Part shown: piece by piece, positions 34,473 to 46,847 of the stretch
Position numbering within the stretch: position 1 is the first letter of the stretch
How the letters are laid out: every line of letters starts with the position of its first letter
Source: Stegostoma tigrinum
Lineage: Eukaryota
DNA length: 64,000 bases
Direction: 5' to 3'
Assembly: GCF_030684315.1 (NCBI RefSeq)
Contig: NC_081391.1
Location: forward strand, 20,544,629-20,608,628
Program-made: the position numbers and the translations under genes
The notes under the pieces: generated by a model
What the model was told of the DNA's origin: nothing
The model's input: the letters and a program-made list of their open reading frames with translations, nothing else
The model's database searches: none

Positions 34473-35124
34473 AAAGCCTTGGAACAGATAGCAAACAAGG
34501 ACTAAAACAGGAAACAACATTAAGGGCAAAATTTAATATAGTTCTCAGACAGAGAAAGACCTAGCCTGCTAATAAAGTTAGTGGAGAGCAGGAAGTTATT
34601 GACATCATGGCAACATCACTGTGGACAGTAGAAATTCCAAAGTTAAATAGAGACCTTAATCCTAATCTCTCGATATCCGGCAGTCAGCTGAATCAACCTA
34701 AACTGTGGTTTAATTGCTTGGATTAGTGATTCAATAGATTGGACTAAAGATTGTTCAGATGAGTGCACAACCCTTCGAGGCAGCTGAGGGATGCAAACAG
34801 AAGAAAGGAATCTGCAATATCTTTTTTTAATTTGGTGCAATTTCTGATTCTGAGCCGCCCTCTGACATGGTCTGGTAGGGCACACAACTGGATCAAGTTG
34901 CTACACAAAACTCAGATGGGAACAAAACTGGGCAGACCACCCAGCGTTGAACTAAGCATTAAAATTGGTGAGAGGGCTCACACAGCCCGGCTGCATCCTG
35001 CTTATTAATGTCTGGGGAGTAGCACCAACAATTGGCTTGTGGGAGCTGTCCCACAGATTGGACAAACAACAGTCTGAAATAGCCAATCTCATGTCTTTCA
35101 GCCAATAATCCTGACTCTTTCATC

Positions 35125-35465
35125 CCAGTGCTTAACACTGCTGCCTTGCACGCCAGGGACCCGGCTTCAATTCTATCCTCTGTCTGTGTGGAGTTTGAAC
35201 ATTCTCCCTGTGCCCGCACGGGTTTCCTCTGGGTGCTCCGGTTTCCTCCCACAGTCCAAAGATGAGCAGGCTAGGGTGAATCGCCCATGCTAAATTGCCC
35301 ATTGTATCCAGGGATGTGTAGGCTAGGTGGATTGGCCATGGGAAACATGGTGTTGCAGCGATAAGATAGGGAGATGGGTCTGGGCGGGATGTTCCTTGGC
35401 GGGTCAGCATGGAGCCAATGGGCCGAATGGCCTGTTTCCACACTGTATGTATTCTATGATTCTAC
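35125..35465 (+). mobile_element. HE1-like tRNA-derived SINE
   Basis: tRNA-like head with B box (GCTTCAATTC), body CTGTGTGGAGTTTG...GGCCTGTTTCCACACTGT, CR1-type tail ATTCTATGATTCTA. Confidence 0.85.
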
Positions 35466-36429
35466 CTCTAGCTCTGGCTATGTCCTGTATAATCACCAGG
35501 CCAAACTTAACAGAGGGAGCAGCACAATGATACACAGTTAGGATGGAGCGAGACTGAGACTTAACATGAGCTCTGGACCCCATGCAGCCCAATGGCATTG
35601 CATCAAACTTGTGCAAGGAAATCTCCTATCAACTTCCACGTATAGCAGGTGAATCCACCAGGATGAACACCACTCGTGAAAAATGCTGAGCGCAGTAAAG
35701 GAACAGAATGCACTCTTGATGGAGACCATCAATGTCCAACATTAAAAGTACTTCAATAGCATGAGCGTTGGCCTAGTCCTGAAGTTTTATCTGCCAGACA
35801 GGGTTTCAGTAGATGCTGCAGGAGTCAACACAAGACAGAAATTTCTTCATCAACAATGTACCCAACAGAAATTCAGCTCTCTGCAACAGACTTGGCAAGA
35901 GTGACTGTGCTTGCAGAGGAAAAGTCTTGTCTTCACATTAAGGATACCCTTTATCATGTGTTTGGTATTCACATCATGCTGAATCGGGTATGTTGAGAAA
36001 AGATCTTGCAGCTCAAAAGTTGGCCTCACGAAGGCTTGCTTGGCATCCCCGCTCCCCCCCCCCACCCCCAATGTGAATATTCACTCCTTTGGCTACACAG
36101 TAGCGGCAGTGGGTCCCATTTACAAGATGCACTGCACCAACTTGTCAAGGCTCTACTGACAACATCTTCCAAATCCACAACTTCAACATCATTGAAGGAC
36201 AGGGTATACTTTGGGACACCGCCACCTACAAGTTCCTCTCCAGATCACTTACTAGCCTGACTTAAAAATATATTGCTGTTCTAGCATTGTCACCAGGTCA
36301 AAATCCTGTAACCCCACCCCCAACAGTATTGTGGCTGTACTACAGCAGTTCAAGAAGATAGCACACCTCCAATATCTCAAGTGTAATTTAGGATGGCCCA
36401 GCCAGAGATGCTCCCATCCTGTGAATTAG

Positions 36430-37345
36430 AATGTAAGTACATAAGGCCTAGGAGCAGAAGTACACCGGTCAGCCCCTTGGGCCTACTCCATCATTTAATT
36501 TGACCATAGCTGATATCATCTTAGCCTCAACTCCACATTCCTGCCTTGTCTCTCTATTACCCCTTTTAATTTGTAATTGATGAAAAATATACCTATCTGC
36601 TTATTACAATTTAATTGATGTCCCAGCATCCACCACACTCTCTGGTAGAGTGTTCCACAGATTCTTGACCCTTTGAGAGAAGTAATTCCTCCTTGCCTCT
36701 GTTTTATATTTGCTGCCCCTTGCCCTAAAACTGTGACCTCTCAGTCTAGATTGCCCAATGTGAGGAAACATCATTTCTGTGTCCCCTATGTCAATGCCCT
36801 TTCGCGTTTTGTGCATCTCAATTAGATCTCTCTCATCCTTCCAACCTGTGGAGAGTGTTGGCCAAAACTGTCAATCTCACTGCCTCAGACAAACTCCTCA
36901 TTTATGGAATCAATCTAATGAACCTCCTCTGAACTTGGTTCAATATAACTACATTTTTCCACAAGTAAGGGGACCAAAATTGTGCACAATACTCCAAGTG
37001 TGGTCTCACAAATCCTTCGTACTGTTGCAACATCATTTCCCCACTTTTATATTTTTCTTCCTTTAGCAACAAATGCCCAAATTCCATTTCCCTTCCTTAT
37101 TAGCTGCTGGACCAACAAAGAAGTTTACTGTGATGCATGCACGAGGATACCCAGATTCCTCTGCACCAAAGCTCTCTCAAATTTTTCTCTATTTAGATCA
37201 TAAGTTGCCTTCGGTTATTCTGACCAACATGGAAAACCTCAAACTCATCTGTGTTAAAATTCGTTTGCCAAACTTTGGCCCATTCTCCTCACCTATCTCT
37301 ATCTATTTGTAAATGTCTTATTTGTTCAGTACAACTTACTTTCCC
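36430..37345 (-). mobile_element. CR1 LINE 3' fragment (RT C-terminus)
   Basis: ORFs 36902..37087(-) VRPHLEYCAQFWSP and 36604..36816(-) RGHSFR...FSQRVKNLWNTLP. Confidence 0.9.
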
Positions 37346-37349
37346 ACCT

Positions 37350-37558
37350 TAAACTGAAAAAAAACTGCGGAGTCTGTAAATCAGACACAAAAACGGAAGT
37401 TGCTGAAAGAGCTCAGTAGCTCAGGCAGCATCTGTGAAGAGAAGTCAACGTTAATGTTTCAGGTTGAACTGTTTCAGGTTGAAACGTTAACTCTCGTTTC
37501 TCTTCGCAGATGCTGCCAGACCTGCTGAGTTCTTCCAGCAACTTCTGTTTCTGTTATT
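37350..37558. mobile_element. Palindromic family-B Penelope-derived element
   Basis: Inverted arms (GAAGTTGCTG..AGCTCAG..GGCAGCATCTG / CAGATGCTGCC..CTGAGT..CAGCAACTTC); GAAACGTTAAC at 37481. Confidence 0.75.
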
Positions 37559-38911
37559 TTCCCACCTATTTAGTGTTGATAAGAAGCCAGTATTGGGTGT
37601 TAGCCTTGGTGATGTCACTGAACGGATTAATACTGAGGAGCGCCACAAGGACCACCTACTACGATGGTGTCATGTGGACTTGTTGGCAGAACAGTTTAGA
37701 ATCTTGAAGGAAGGAGAGCTGACATCCTGCCTTTCTCAAAGCCTTGGTAACAATGTCCATCATATCAGTGTAACCGGTAACTCATTGCTAACATGCAAAT
37801 AAAGTGTACCTTGTTTACCACAAGAGACTCTTCTGGTTAGATCAGGAGGCGGTTTCCCTCGCCCATCGAAACTAAACAGGCTCTGTAGTTTCCTATACTT
37901 AAAGGGGAAGGCAGCAACAGCCTTTGTCACGAACAGTAGCTCATGCAGGGCGGCGAGCTGGCTCTGTCCATGCCTCTGACTCTCTTAGGATGATTCAATA
38001 ACATTGACATGAACAAAAGCCTTATGTGGCTCTTCTAAAGTCTAGGTCAAAGGGTTTTATCTGGACATCAGTTGGGATTTTTTTTTATATTAACTCTTTC
38101 AAGGTGGGCTGACATCACTGGGTAGTCAGCCATCAGTCGTGGTGGAGCTGGAGTCACATGTAGTCCAGACCAGGTAAGGGCAGCAGATTTCCTTCCTTAA
38201 AGGACTTTAGTGAACCAGATGGGTTTTTATGGCAATCTGCAATGGTCATACCCTGGCAATCAGGCTATGTTTGTCACTCCAGACTTCTACTGAATTCAGA
38301 CATCATCATCTGCGTTGGTGACATTAGAACCCCTGCTCCCAGTAACATGACAGAATCACAGAAGTGTCATGGGGCAGAAAGAGACTGTTTGGCCCGTCCT
38401 GCTTGCACCAGCTTACTAAGTTAACATCACCTGGTGCCACTCCCCTGTTTTAACCCCCACGCCCATGCATGTTATTTTCATCCCAGTCATTGTCCAAAGA
38501 CTCCTTGAATTAGACCGGCATTCTGGATTAATTGGCCCAGTGACATGAACACCGTGACAAGTCTCGCTATGTTCAAGCTTCAATCAGATTCCATTTTGTA
38601 AACCATTAAGTGCCGAGTTTTTAATGGGTCATGAGCAGTAGAATTCTAACAAATTAGGAAATTAAAGCAGCAGTAAAGAACTATCAAACGATGATTTCCT
38701 TCCCTTTTGCCAGCCTGCAGTCTAGTCTCAACTGTGTAGATTGATTGCAGGAATCCCAAGTGTTCCATGCATTGTGTGGCCCATGATCAGGGACACTTGG
38801 GCACAGCTAAAGCCACAGAAGGGACCCAGGCAGCTGAGATAACTGGTCCCCAAAATTTTGCTGTGCCTGGACCAGGAGTTGGCCAAGACTAGAAGTTGAA
38901 ATATGAAGAAG

Positions 38912-39203
38912 TCATAGAATCCCTACAGTGTGGAAACAGGCCCTTCAACCCAACAAGTCCACACCAACCCTCCCACCTATAATCCACCCAATCTACACAT
39001 CCCTGAGCTCGGGCAATTTAGCATGACCAGTCCACCTAAAGCGCACAGCTTTGGACTGTGGGAGGAAACCAGAGCACCCAGTGGAAACCCACGCAGACCC
39101 TGGGAGAACGAGCAGACTCCACACAGACAGTCACCCGAGGCTGGAATTGAACCTGGGTCCCCTGCGCTGTGAGGCAGCAGGGCTAACCACTGAGCCACTG
39201 TGC
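38912..39203 (-). mobile_element. HE1-like tRNA-derived SINE
   Basis: Minus strand GCACAGTGGCTCAGTGGTTAGC (A box)...GGTTCAATTCC (B box)...GGATTCTATGA tail. Confidence 0.9.
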
Positions 39204-40944
39204 GTCCTGCAGCTTTTCTCTGTTTCAAGTGGCCAACAGCAGAGTGGGGCTGTAGTGAAATGTCCCTTTTCTAGGCCATGACTAATATGGGTTGATCCAG
39301 TCAACTAAAAGGATGACAATGTGAGGACAAATTGCCATTAATACAAAAAGGGTACTTTCCTTGCTGAGGCTGGATCATACTATTGATGCAAGACTCTCCA
39401 AATCCTTGGGATACACAGTTGGTATAAAGTTTACCAGCAAATGCTGCATGCAGCTTCTCTCCAGGACCACACAGGCAACTGTAAAGTTGTGGAAGAGAAG
39501 CAGGCAGTCAGAGTGACACCCAGTTCCCCCAACATGCCACCTGAACTCCACGGACCGGCCTGCACCCTCCTGCTCCAACAGCATGTGCCGACACATCCTG
39601 CCAAAATAACATATTGCTTATTTAACCAAAACATCCTTTGGCTGAGCCATACATTTCTCCCTCAAAGCTCCACATCCTGTGCCAATACATTTGGTGGCAC
39701 TGTGGAAATGCAGTAAGTCCTTACTGATATCTGTAATGACATGGTATGTAATGGCATACCCTGGAGCAGGTGGGACTTGAACCCTCTAACTCAAAGGTGG
39801 GGACATTACTCGTACAGAATAAGAGCCCCAGTACAGGCATTTCTAAGCAACCTGCTCAAGTGTGATAAGGCACACCTCTGGAAGAGATGGGGCTGGAAGC
39901 CAGGCCTCTGGGCTCAGAGGTAGAGACCCTACCACAAGCGCCCCAGTGCATCTTTATATTTAGTTTTTGGAAAGTTTACAGTTTATAAAACACATGGTCA
40001 AATATTTCGGACTTTCCTGTGATAATCATCCAATCAGAATCTATCACCAAAATGTTCCCTGGTCCAAAATATCCATTGCATCTTGTAATTGGTGACTTTT
40101 GATGAGAACAGTGCTCCGATTGGTTATTGGGAGTGATCAATTACCAGCTGAACTAGGAGCCTTGCTATTAAAGGTGGTGCTAGCCATATTAGGCTAAATA
40201 TACAAGCTGAGAGTTAGGATACTGTGTGAGTTTCTTCTGTTAGAAATGGCCTCCTAAGTGTGTCAGAGCTACCACCAGGACTGTGAGGATGCTGTTAACA
40301 AGCAGATCAACCTGGAGCTCCATTCCTCTTATGTTTACCTCTCCATGGTGAGGCTTGTGGTCCTGTGACTGTATTCTGGTAAAGTTGGGAGTTTCCTTGC
40401 TCCACTGAGGTGGTTTTAAATTTATCTTAGTTGTGGGCTTGTTGGTGAGATCTTAAACAGTGAATGCCTTCTGATGTGTGACAATGATGTTTGAGTTATT
40501 AGCCTCCTATTTGTAGTTGGTGTCTTTTATAAACTGATGTTTGAAATGAAACTAAATCTGCCTGAAGTGATGACTGAAGGTAAACCTAGATAAATCTTCC
40601 TTGCTGAGACCAGGCTGTCACCAAAGGATAAATCTCCAGTGAAAAGCACTCTTCACTAATCTCCATTTGTCTTTGAATCCTGTTTGAAAATGAATACTTC
40701 TATCTGTGTCAGTGGAGGTGAATTTGCAGCCTGTTCTTAACAAAACAGGATATACTGATAGGGGCAAGTCAAGGGATTAATGCAGACTGACAGAATTCCT
40801 TTTGCTGCAGAAGTGCCTATGCTGGCTCTACTAGATAACACCAATACCCTGCCTTCATGTGCTATCCAAATCATTCAATGGACCAACTGAGCCTACCTCC
40901 TCTGCCATATTCTGCAGGCTCTATTCCACTTTCTAATTATAATC

Positions 40945-41347
40945 AGTATCCCCATAGTGTGGAAACAGGCTCTCCAGCCCAACAAATCCACACTGAACCT
41001 TGGAGCAGTCTTGCTATGACCCATCTCACCTATACCTCCCTGACCACTACGGGGCAACTTAGCATAGCCAATCCACCTAACCTACATGTCTTTGGGTTGT
41101 AGGAGGAAACCTACACACAAGGACAATCGTGAAAACTCCTCAGTTGCCTGAGGGTGGAATTGAGCCTGGATCCCTAGTGTTGAGACAGCAGTGCTCTCTG
41201 ATGAAGGGTCTAGGCCCGAAACGTCAGCTTTTGTGCTCCTGAGATGCTGCTTGGCCTGCGTGTTCATCCAGCCTGACATTTTATCATCTTGGAATTCTCC
41301 AGCATCTGCAGTTCCCATTATCTCTAGTGCTATCCACTGTGCTGCCC
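40945..41347 (-). mobile_element. HE1-like SINE interrupted by a family-A element
   Basis: SINE body 40945-41195 resumes at 41326-41347. Confidence 0.75.
41196..41325 (+). ncRNA. Family-A short element (130 bp) carrying a minimal type I hammerhead ribozyme core
   Basis: CTGATGA(41198-41204) AGGGTC TA GGCCC GAAAC GTC(41225); TSD AGTGCT at 41190-41195 and 41326-41331. Confidence 0.75.
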
Positions 41348-42335
41348 ATTTTCAGATTACTTGCTGTTTTGTTTCCATTTCTCTCTCTCTCCTTGCAACC
41401 TTTGCTACTTTCTTGTGGGTTGGACACTCTCTTATATTAGAATGAAATGTAACTATTCCTGAAAGCATTTGTCCCTGCAACTTTTGATCACTGACAAACC
41501 TTGTGAATTCCTTTAGTGGAAGGTGATCACTTTCAGTAACTTAGGAGCTACATCAGTGTATGTCAAACAAAGCACAGACTCTGAAATAATGGTCTTAAAC
41601 CTAGTAGCATCTGTGCAGAGAGTTCACTAGAACTTTGTTTAGGTCCTCCAGCTTTCCATTGTATATTGAGGCTCAGGTGTAACTAGAATTCTATTCCTTT
41701 CTATCTACTTGCAGTTATCTATCTTTGACCGGGATGATGTTGCCCTGTGTCACTTTGAGTTCTTGAAGGAGCAGTCCCATGAGGAAAAGAACATGCTGAG
41801 AAACTGATGGCATTCCAGAATAAACGTGGAGGCCGAGTCCTCCTGCAGGACATCAAGGTTAAATTTGCTTCAGATATATTCAAAAAATTCTGAATTGGGT
41901 TTAATGTAGCAATTGTATTATGATTGCTTGTTTGTGTAAATATGCAGTTTCTTTTATTCTTTCAATTGAGAGAAATACCTGCCCCTTTGCACCCCCCTCC
42001 AGAAGCCAGAGCAGGATGAGTGGGGCAATGCAGAGAGCTCTGCAGATGGAGAAGGATGTGAACCAGACTCTGCTGGATCTGCACAAACTGGCCTCTGACC
42101 ACACTGACCCTCATGTGAGTACTTGGATGAGGGACTACTATCCTTGATCTCTCAACTCTTGCTTGTGATTCTTTTTGGTTTTGGGTGAAGGACTTGGGAT
42201 CAATGCACACTTTGGCACAAAAACCTTCAATAACTACCAGTTGATGATCCATTCTTCAAAGGGACCTCCTTTCCAGAACTTGAAACTTTGATTCTTTTGT
42301 TGGTCACTACTTAGTCATCCATCTCTGCTTTCTAG

Positions 42336-42488
<153 letters not shown>

Positions 42489-44580
42489 TGAACTGACTGC
42501 AGGGAGCAAGTTTAGTGTTATGTACTTGTATCAGTGAGACCTTGTGGTGCTGGGTGATCTGGCTTTAGTGAAATGCTCAATGACTGTCTGAATAAATTGA
42601 TCAGTTTAGACTGGAGTCAGTCCTGTCTTTTCATGGTTGTTTTTGGTTTTTCTCACTCCAAGACAAGACAGTGCTCTAATTAGAGCCAGTGTGATTGTTC
42701 TATCATGGAGCTCACAACACTTCTGCCAACAATTTTTTTATTTGCCAATCAGTTGCATTTCTAGTACACTCTTCTTTCTTGGAGAATTTGTCTGGCAAAC
42801 CTGATGATGAATTTGATTCTATTCTTACTGAATAGAAACTGCTCTACCTTTTTACCAGCACTTGCAATATTTGGCTGGCTTCCACTACAAACAAGACTAG
42901 CTCCTCGAATATTCCAGGGCAAGGGATGAGTTTCTCAGGCATGGCCTCAATAGTGAGGTTTTTAGGTCTTCCTGACGATGCTACTTGCCAACTGAGTGAA
43001 CTGTTCGAGAGTAGCACGAATCACTGCTTTCACAGCTGAGCCACTGCCCTGAACAAGCAATGGTCCCCTTTTGGGAGGGGATGAAGTAGGTTTTATCTCT
43101 TTTGAGAAAGGGCAGGAATTGGCTGGGGCAAGCTTTGTCCTTACACTTAGTGGAGTATAGATCTGTGGGATGTTCAGAATGATATCAATGAAAGGCAAAC
43201 TCACTTTTACTAGGTCACGCCTACAGACTACCTCAGTAGTGACGAAGTGATACAACATGCAATCACATGGTTTTTTTTCCTGGAGGACTAGTCCTTGCTC
43301 AGAAGTGCCCAAAAGAAACAACAGATTCAAGGAACTAGGACTAAGACCTTCCATCTGATCCAAAGGGACCAGCATCTTGAGTCTCGCGTGTCAATTGCCA
43401 TTATCACTCAACATAATGACTCGAATGTCCTATTTTTCTGCTTGTCATAGAATACTCTGTACAGATTTTTTTTATTCAAACTTAGCATTTTTGCACTTAC
43501 CTCTCATTTCTAACCTGTGTTGCATTATAATCTCTTCTTGTAGAAGCTTTGATTTTAAAAGAGAACCTCTGGTCAACTGAAGAATTTGTGGTCAAATTGG
43601 ATCCTTTGAAAGTCCAAATTCATTTCCTTTGGTACAAAGGATGGACAGATAAAGAAGTGGAATGACTTGATCGTCCCTTGATTGTTTTGCCCCCCCTCTG
43701 CCTGGAGCCATTATGAATTTGGGAACCTCATCCAAGGTCTGGTCCTCCCAATCATCTGATCTAGGACTGAACCAGTTTTGAACTGACAGTAGACATTAAC
43801 ACCTGGGATCTCACAGAAACTGTCACCCAAGGTTTAAAAAAAATGAGGGGGAGAAGAGAAATTGTTAGGAGCCATGAGAATAACCTGGAAATCACTCTCT
43901 GAAAGATGGTGATACTAATTTTTAAAAAAAATTGGATTTACTCAAAAAAAGCAAAGACATTTGCAATGCCATCAGGAGAGAGCAGGGGAATGTAAGGAGT
44001 TACATAGTTCGCAAAAAGCCAGCACAGGCACAGCGTGAAATGGCCTCCCTTTGTGTTCTACGATCAATGGTGAGCCACAGACTTAGAGCATCAACATTCT
44101 CATCTCTTCTTGGTATGTAGCTAACCCAGAATATGTATTGCCCATCTATAATTATCCTTAAGATTGTGGTGCTGAGCTCCAGCCTTCAGCCATTGCAGTC
44201 CATGTGCTAACCAACAATGTCCTCAGGGAGGGAGTTCCCGGATTCTGACCCAATGACACTTCAGGAACAGTGACATATTTCCAAGTCAGGATGGTGAATG
44301 GCTTGGAGAGAGACTTGCAGGGGCTGGTGTTCCCATGTATCTGCTGCACTTGTCCTTATAAGGGATACAGGCCTTGGATTTGGAAGGTGCTGTTGAAATG
44401 GCCTGGGAGAGTTACTCCTGCGCAACTTGGTAGATGGCACCCAATCACTGGATGGTGGGAGGCAATGTGGATGGGATGTGAATAAAATGGTTGGCTTTGC
44501 CATGAATTTTGTCAACATTGTTGAGTGCTGTTAGCTGCTGTAACTAGTCAGGTAAGTGGAGTGTATTCCATTAGTCTCTC

Positions 44581-44710
44581 CTGAGGAAGGGTGACCGGAC
44601 CCAAAATGTTAACTCTGATTTTTCTTCACAGATGATGCTAGACCTGCTGAGCCTTTCCAGCAACTTCTGTTTTTATTCCTGATTTACAGCATCTGCAGCT
44701 CTTTCAGATT
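44581..44710 (+). mobile_element. Family-B short element with hammerhead-like core
   Basis: CTGAGGAAGGGTGACCGGACCCAAAATGTTAACTCTG followed by the family-B arm. Confidence 0.7.
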
Positions 44711-45581
44711 TTATACATTATTCTGTTTATTGCCTTGTGGATAGCAAACAGGCATCGGTATCAGGAGGTGAGTCATATACGACAGAATTCCTAACCTCTG
44801 AGCTCTCCAGCCACAGTGTTGAAAAGGTTGGTACAGTTCAGTTTCTGGTGAAGCCAGTTTCATTCTTGCATGATATGGGCATTGCCAGGCATTTATGATA
44901 TGAATATGAATTGCCATTTATCAGACCAAGCCTGGATGTCATTTAGATCTTGCTCCACATAAACATGAGCTGCTGTACTATTTGAGACATGAACGTTGTG
45001 TAATCATCGGGGAACTTCCCCTCTTCTGAATGAATGATGGAAGGAAAGTCATTGATGGAGCAGCCAAAGATGATTCATTATTTCAGATTCGAGTATTCCT
45101 CTGCCATGTTGAAATTTGATCAGAAAAGGACTCATTGAACAAGCAACATTAATGGCAGAAAAGGATCATCTGCTCCATTGCGTCTGTCCCCAAACCTGCT
45201 GTAACCAATGGGAGACAGACCTATGGGTGACACTGGGTTCAGTCATGGTCACTCGCTCTCATTCTCACCTTTTTCATTTCTGTCCAGTGGCTGGTTTGTA
45301 AATTCAACTTGAATTCAAGACTGTTTCAATCCTTTCAGTGTTGTATTGGCTCACAGCTCCTCATGAGTAACAAATGTGACCAGAAAAGCTGCTTCAGCAA
45401 AAATAACAAGTTATCTCAAAATTCAAAGGTGTGGTTCCACAGGGTTAAATGGGGAGTCACTTGAAGATTCTGAAGGTCAGACTGAGTGACATCATCAAGC
45501 CTAATTTTCCAAATTTACTGATAATCCAAATCTCTGGCTCTGCATTTCAGCCCCTCCCCGACAACGCTGTTTCCTTTATTC

Positions 45582-45688
45582 ATTGGTGCCTGGATTGGTG
45601 AGGGATTCCTGGTGGTGATCCCTGATAGCCGATCAACGTTGGTGATACCCTTCCCTGTTTGAGTGCAGGATGCTCCCAGGAGTATAAA
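45582..45688 (+). promoter_or_regulatory. Promoter of ferritin copy 7
   Basis: ATTGG at 45582 and 45594; TATAAA 45683-45688; homologous to the promoters of copies 2 and 3. Confidence 0.72.
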
Positions 45689-46847
45689 TATAACAACCTG
45701 CAGGTGAGAGGCTCAGTTCTAGAGTTGTCTCCAGGTGATAGGGAGCAGGAATAGTGAGGATGGCCTCCCAAGTGCATCAGAACTATGCTAAGGAGTGTGA
45801 GGCTGCTGTTAACGAGGAGATCAACGTGGAGCTCTGTTCCTCCATTGTGCACCTCTCCATGGTGAGCTGTCTTCCTGTGACTCTCCTCAACTTTTTTCTC
45901 CAATTGAATAAAATAACTATTATACTTGTTTAGACTGTTGGAGTCTGTGAGGGGAAAAATTTAAACAGTGAATTACTCCTAGTGATTGTAGAGTGACTCA
46001 GTTGCTATTTGTCATATCTCCTCTATTCAGTGTAAAAAAAAAAAAAAAAAAAAAACCAAAGTAACAATCATTACAAAGGCTGTACTTGTGGTAATGTCCT
46101 TCCTATTGGGCCTTCGAGCCGAGGTCCAACTTCTACCTGCTCCAGATCTTAGAATAGGAACTTTTAGTTTGTTTCTGAGCACGTGTCTGAATGCTTTACT
46201 TTCGAATAGTCGGGGAAAGGAGTTCTCGATGGGATGACTGATCAACACAAGGTGGTTATGTTCTTTGATTTTTTGCTACTTTTGAAATACTAAAACTTCC
46301 TTTAGAATTGTTTATCTTGCACATTAGCCTATTGTGGGTTCAGCATATTAGAATTTTGACAGATGGCTGAGTTTTTCTTTTCTCCACCTGTAGTAGAAGG
46401 CATTTGTCCAGTGGTCTAGTTTGATTTGTTGCAGTCCATCTGAGATGAAACTTTACTATTTCCAAAGACTCGGTGAACAGTGTCTCACTTTTGATACAAA
46501 ATGAAGTCTAGGCACTCCTGTCAGCTTTTTGTTTAGAGGAACAAGTGAGTTCAAAGTTATAAAACTAGCTGCTATTTTTCTTCCGCAGTCCTTTCACTTT
46601 GACAGGGATGATGTTGCCCTCCGTCACTTTGCTGAGTTCTTCAAGAAGCATTCCCAGGAGAAGCGGGAACAAGCTGAGAAACTGATGGCATAACAGAATA
46701 AATGTGAAGGCTGAGTCCTCCTGCAGGACATCCAGGTTGGGTTTAGTGGAATGACTTGCCTCCTGCCTGGATTACCTTTAGTTTTTCATAAATTTGTTTG
46801 AAATGAATTTTAAAACAGCAGTGTGGAGGTGATGGCCTAGCAGTATT

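Noticed and set aside
40450-40470. TTAAACAGTGAAT in intron 1 of copy 6 (also ~45961-45973 in copy 7) as a possible IRE loop
   Set aside because: Intronic, and the flanks cannot form the 5-bp upper stem with a bulged C
41715-42114. Deletions in copy 6 (-4 in exon 2, -14 in exon 3) sum to -18 and seem to restore frame
   Set aside because: A TGA follows the first frameshift within a few codons and exon 1 already has TAA at codon 4
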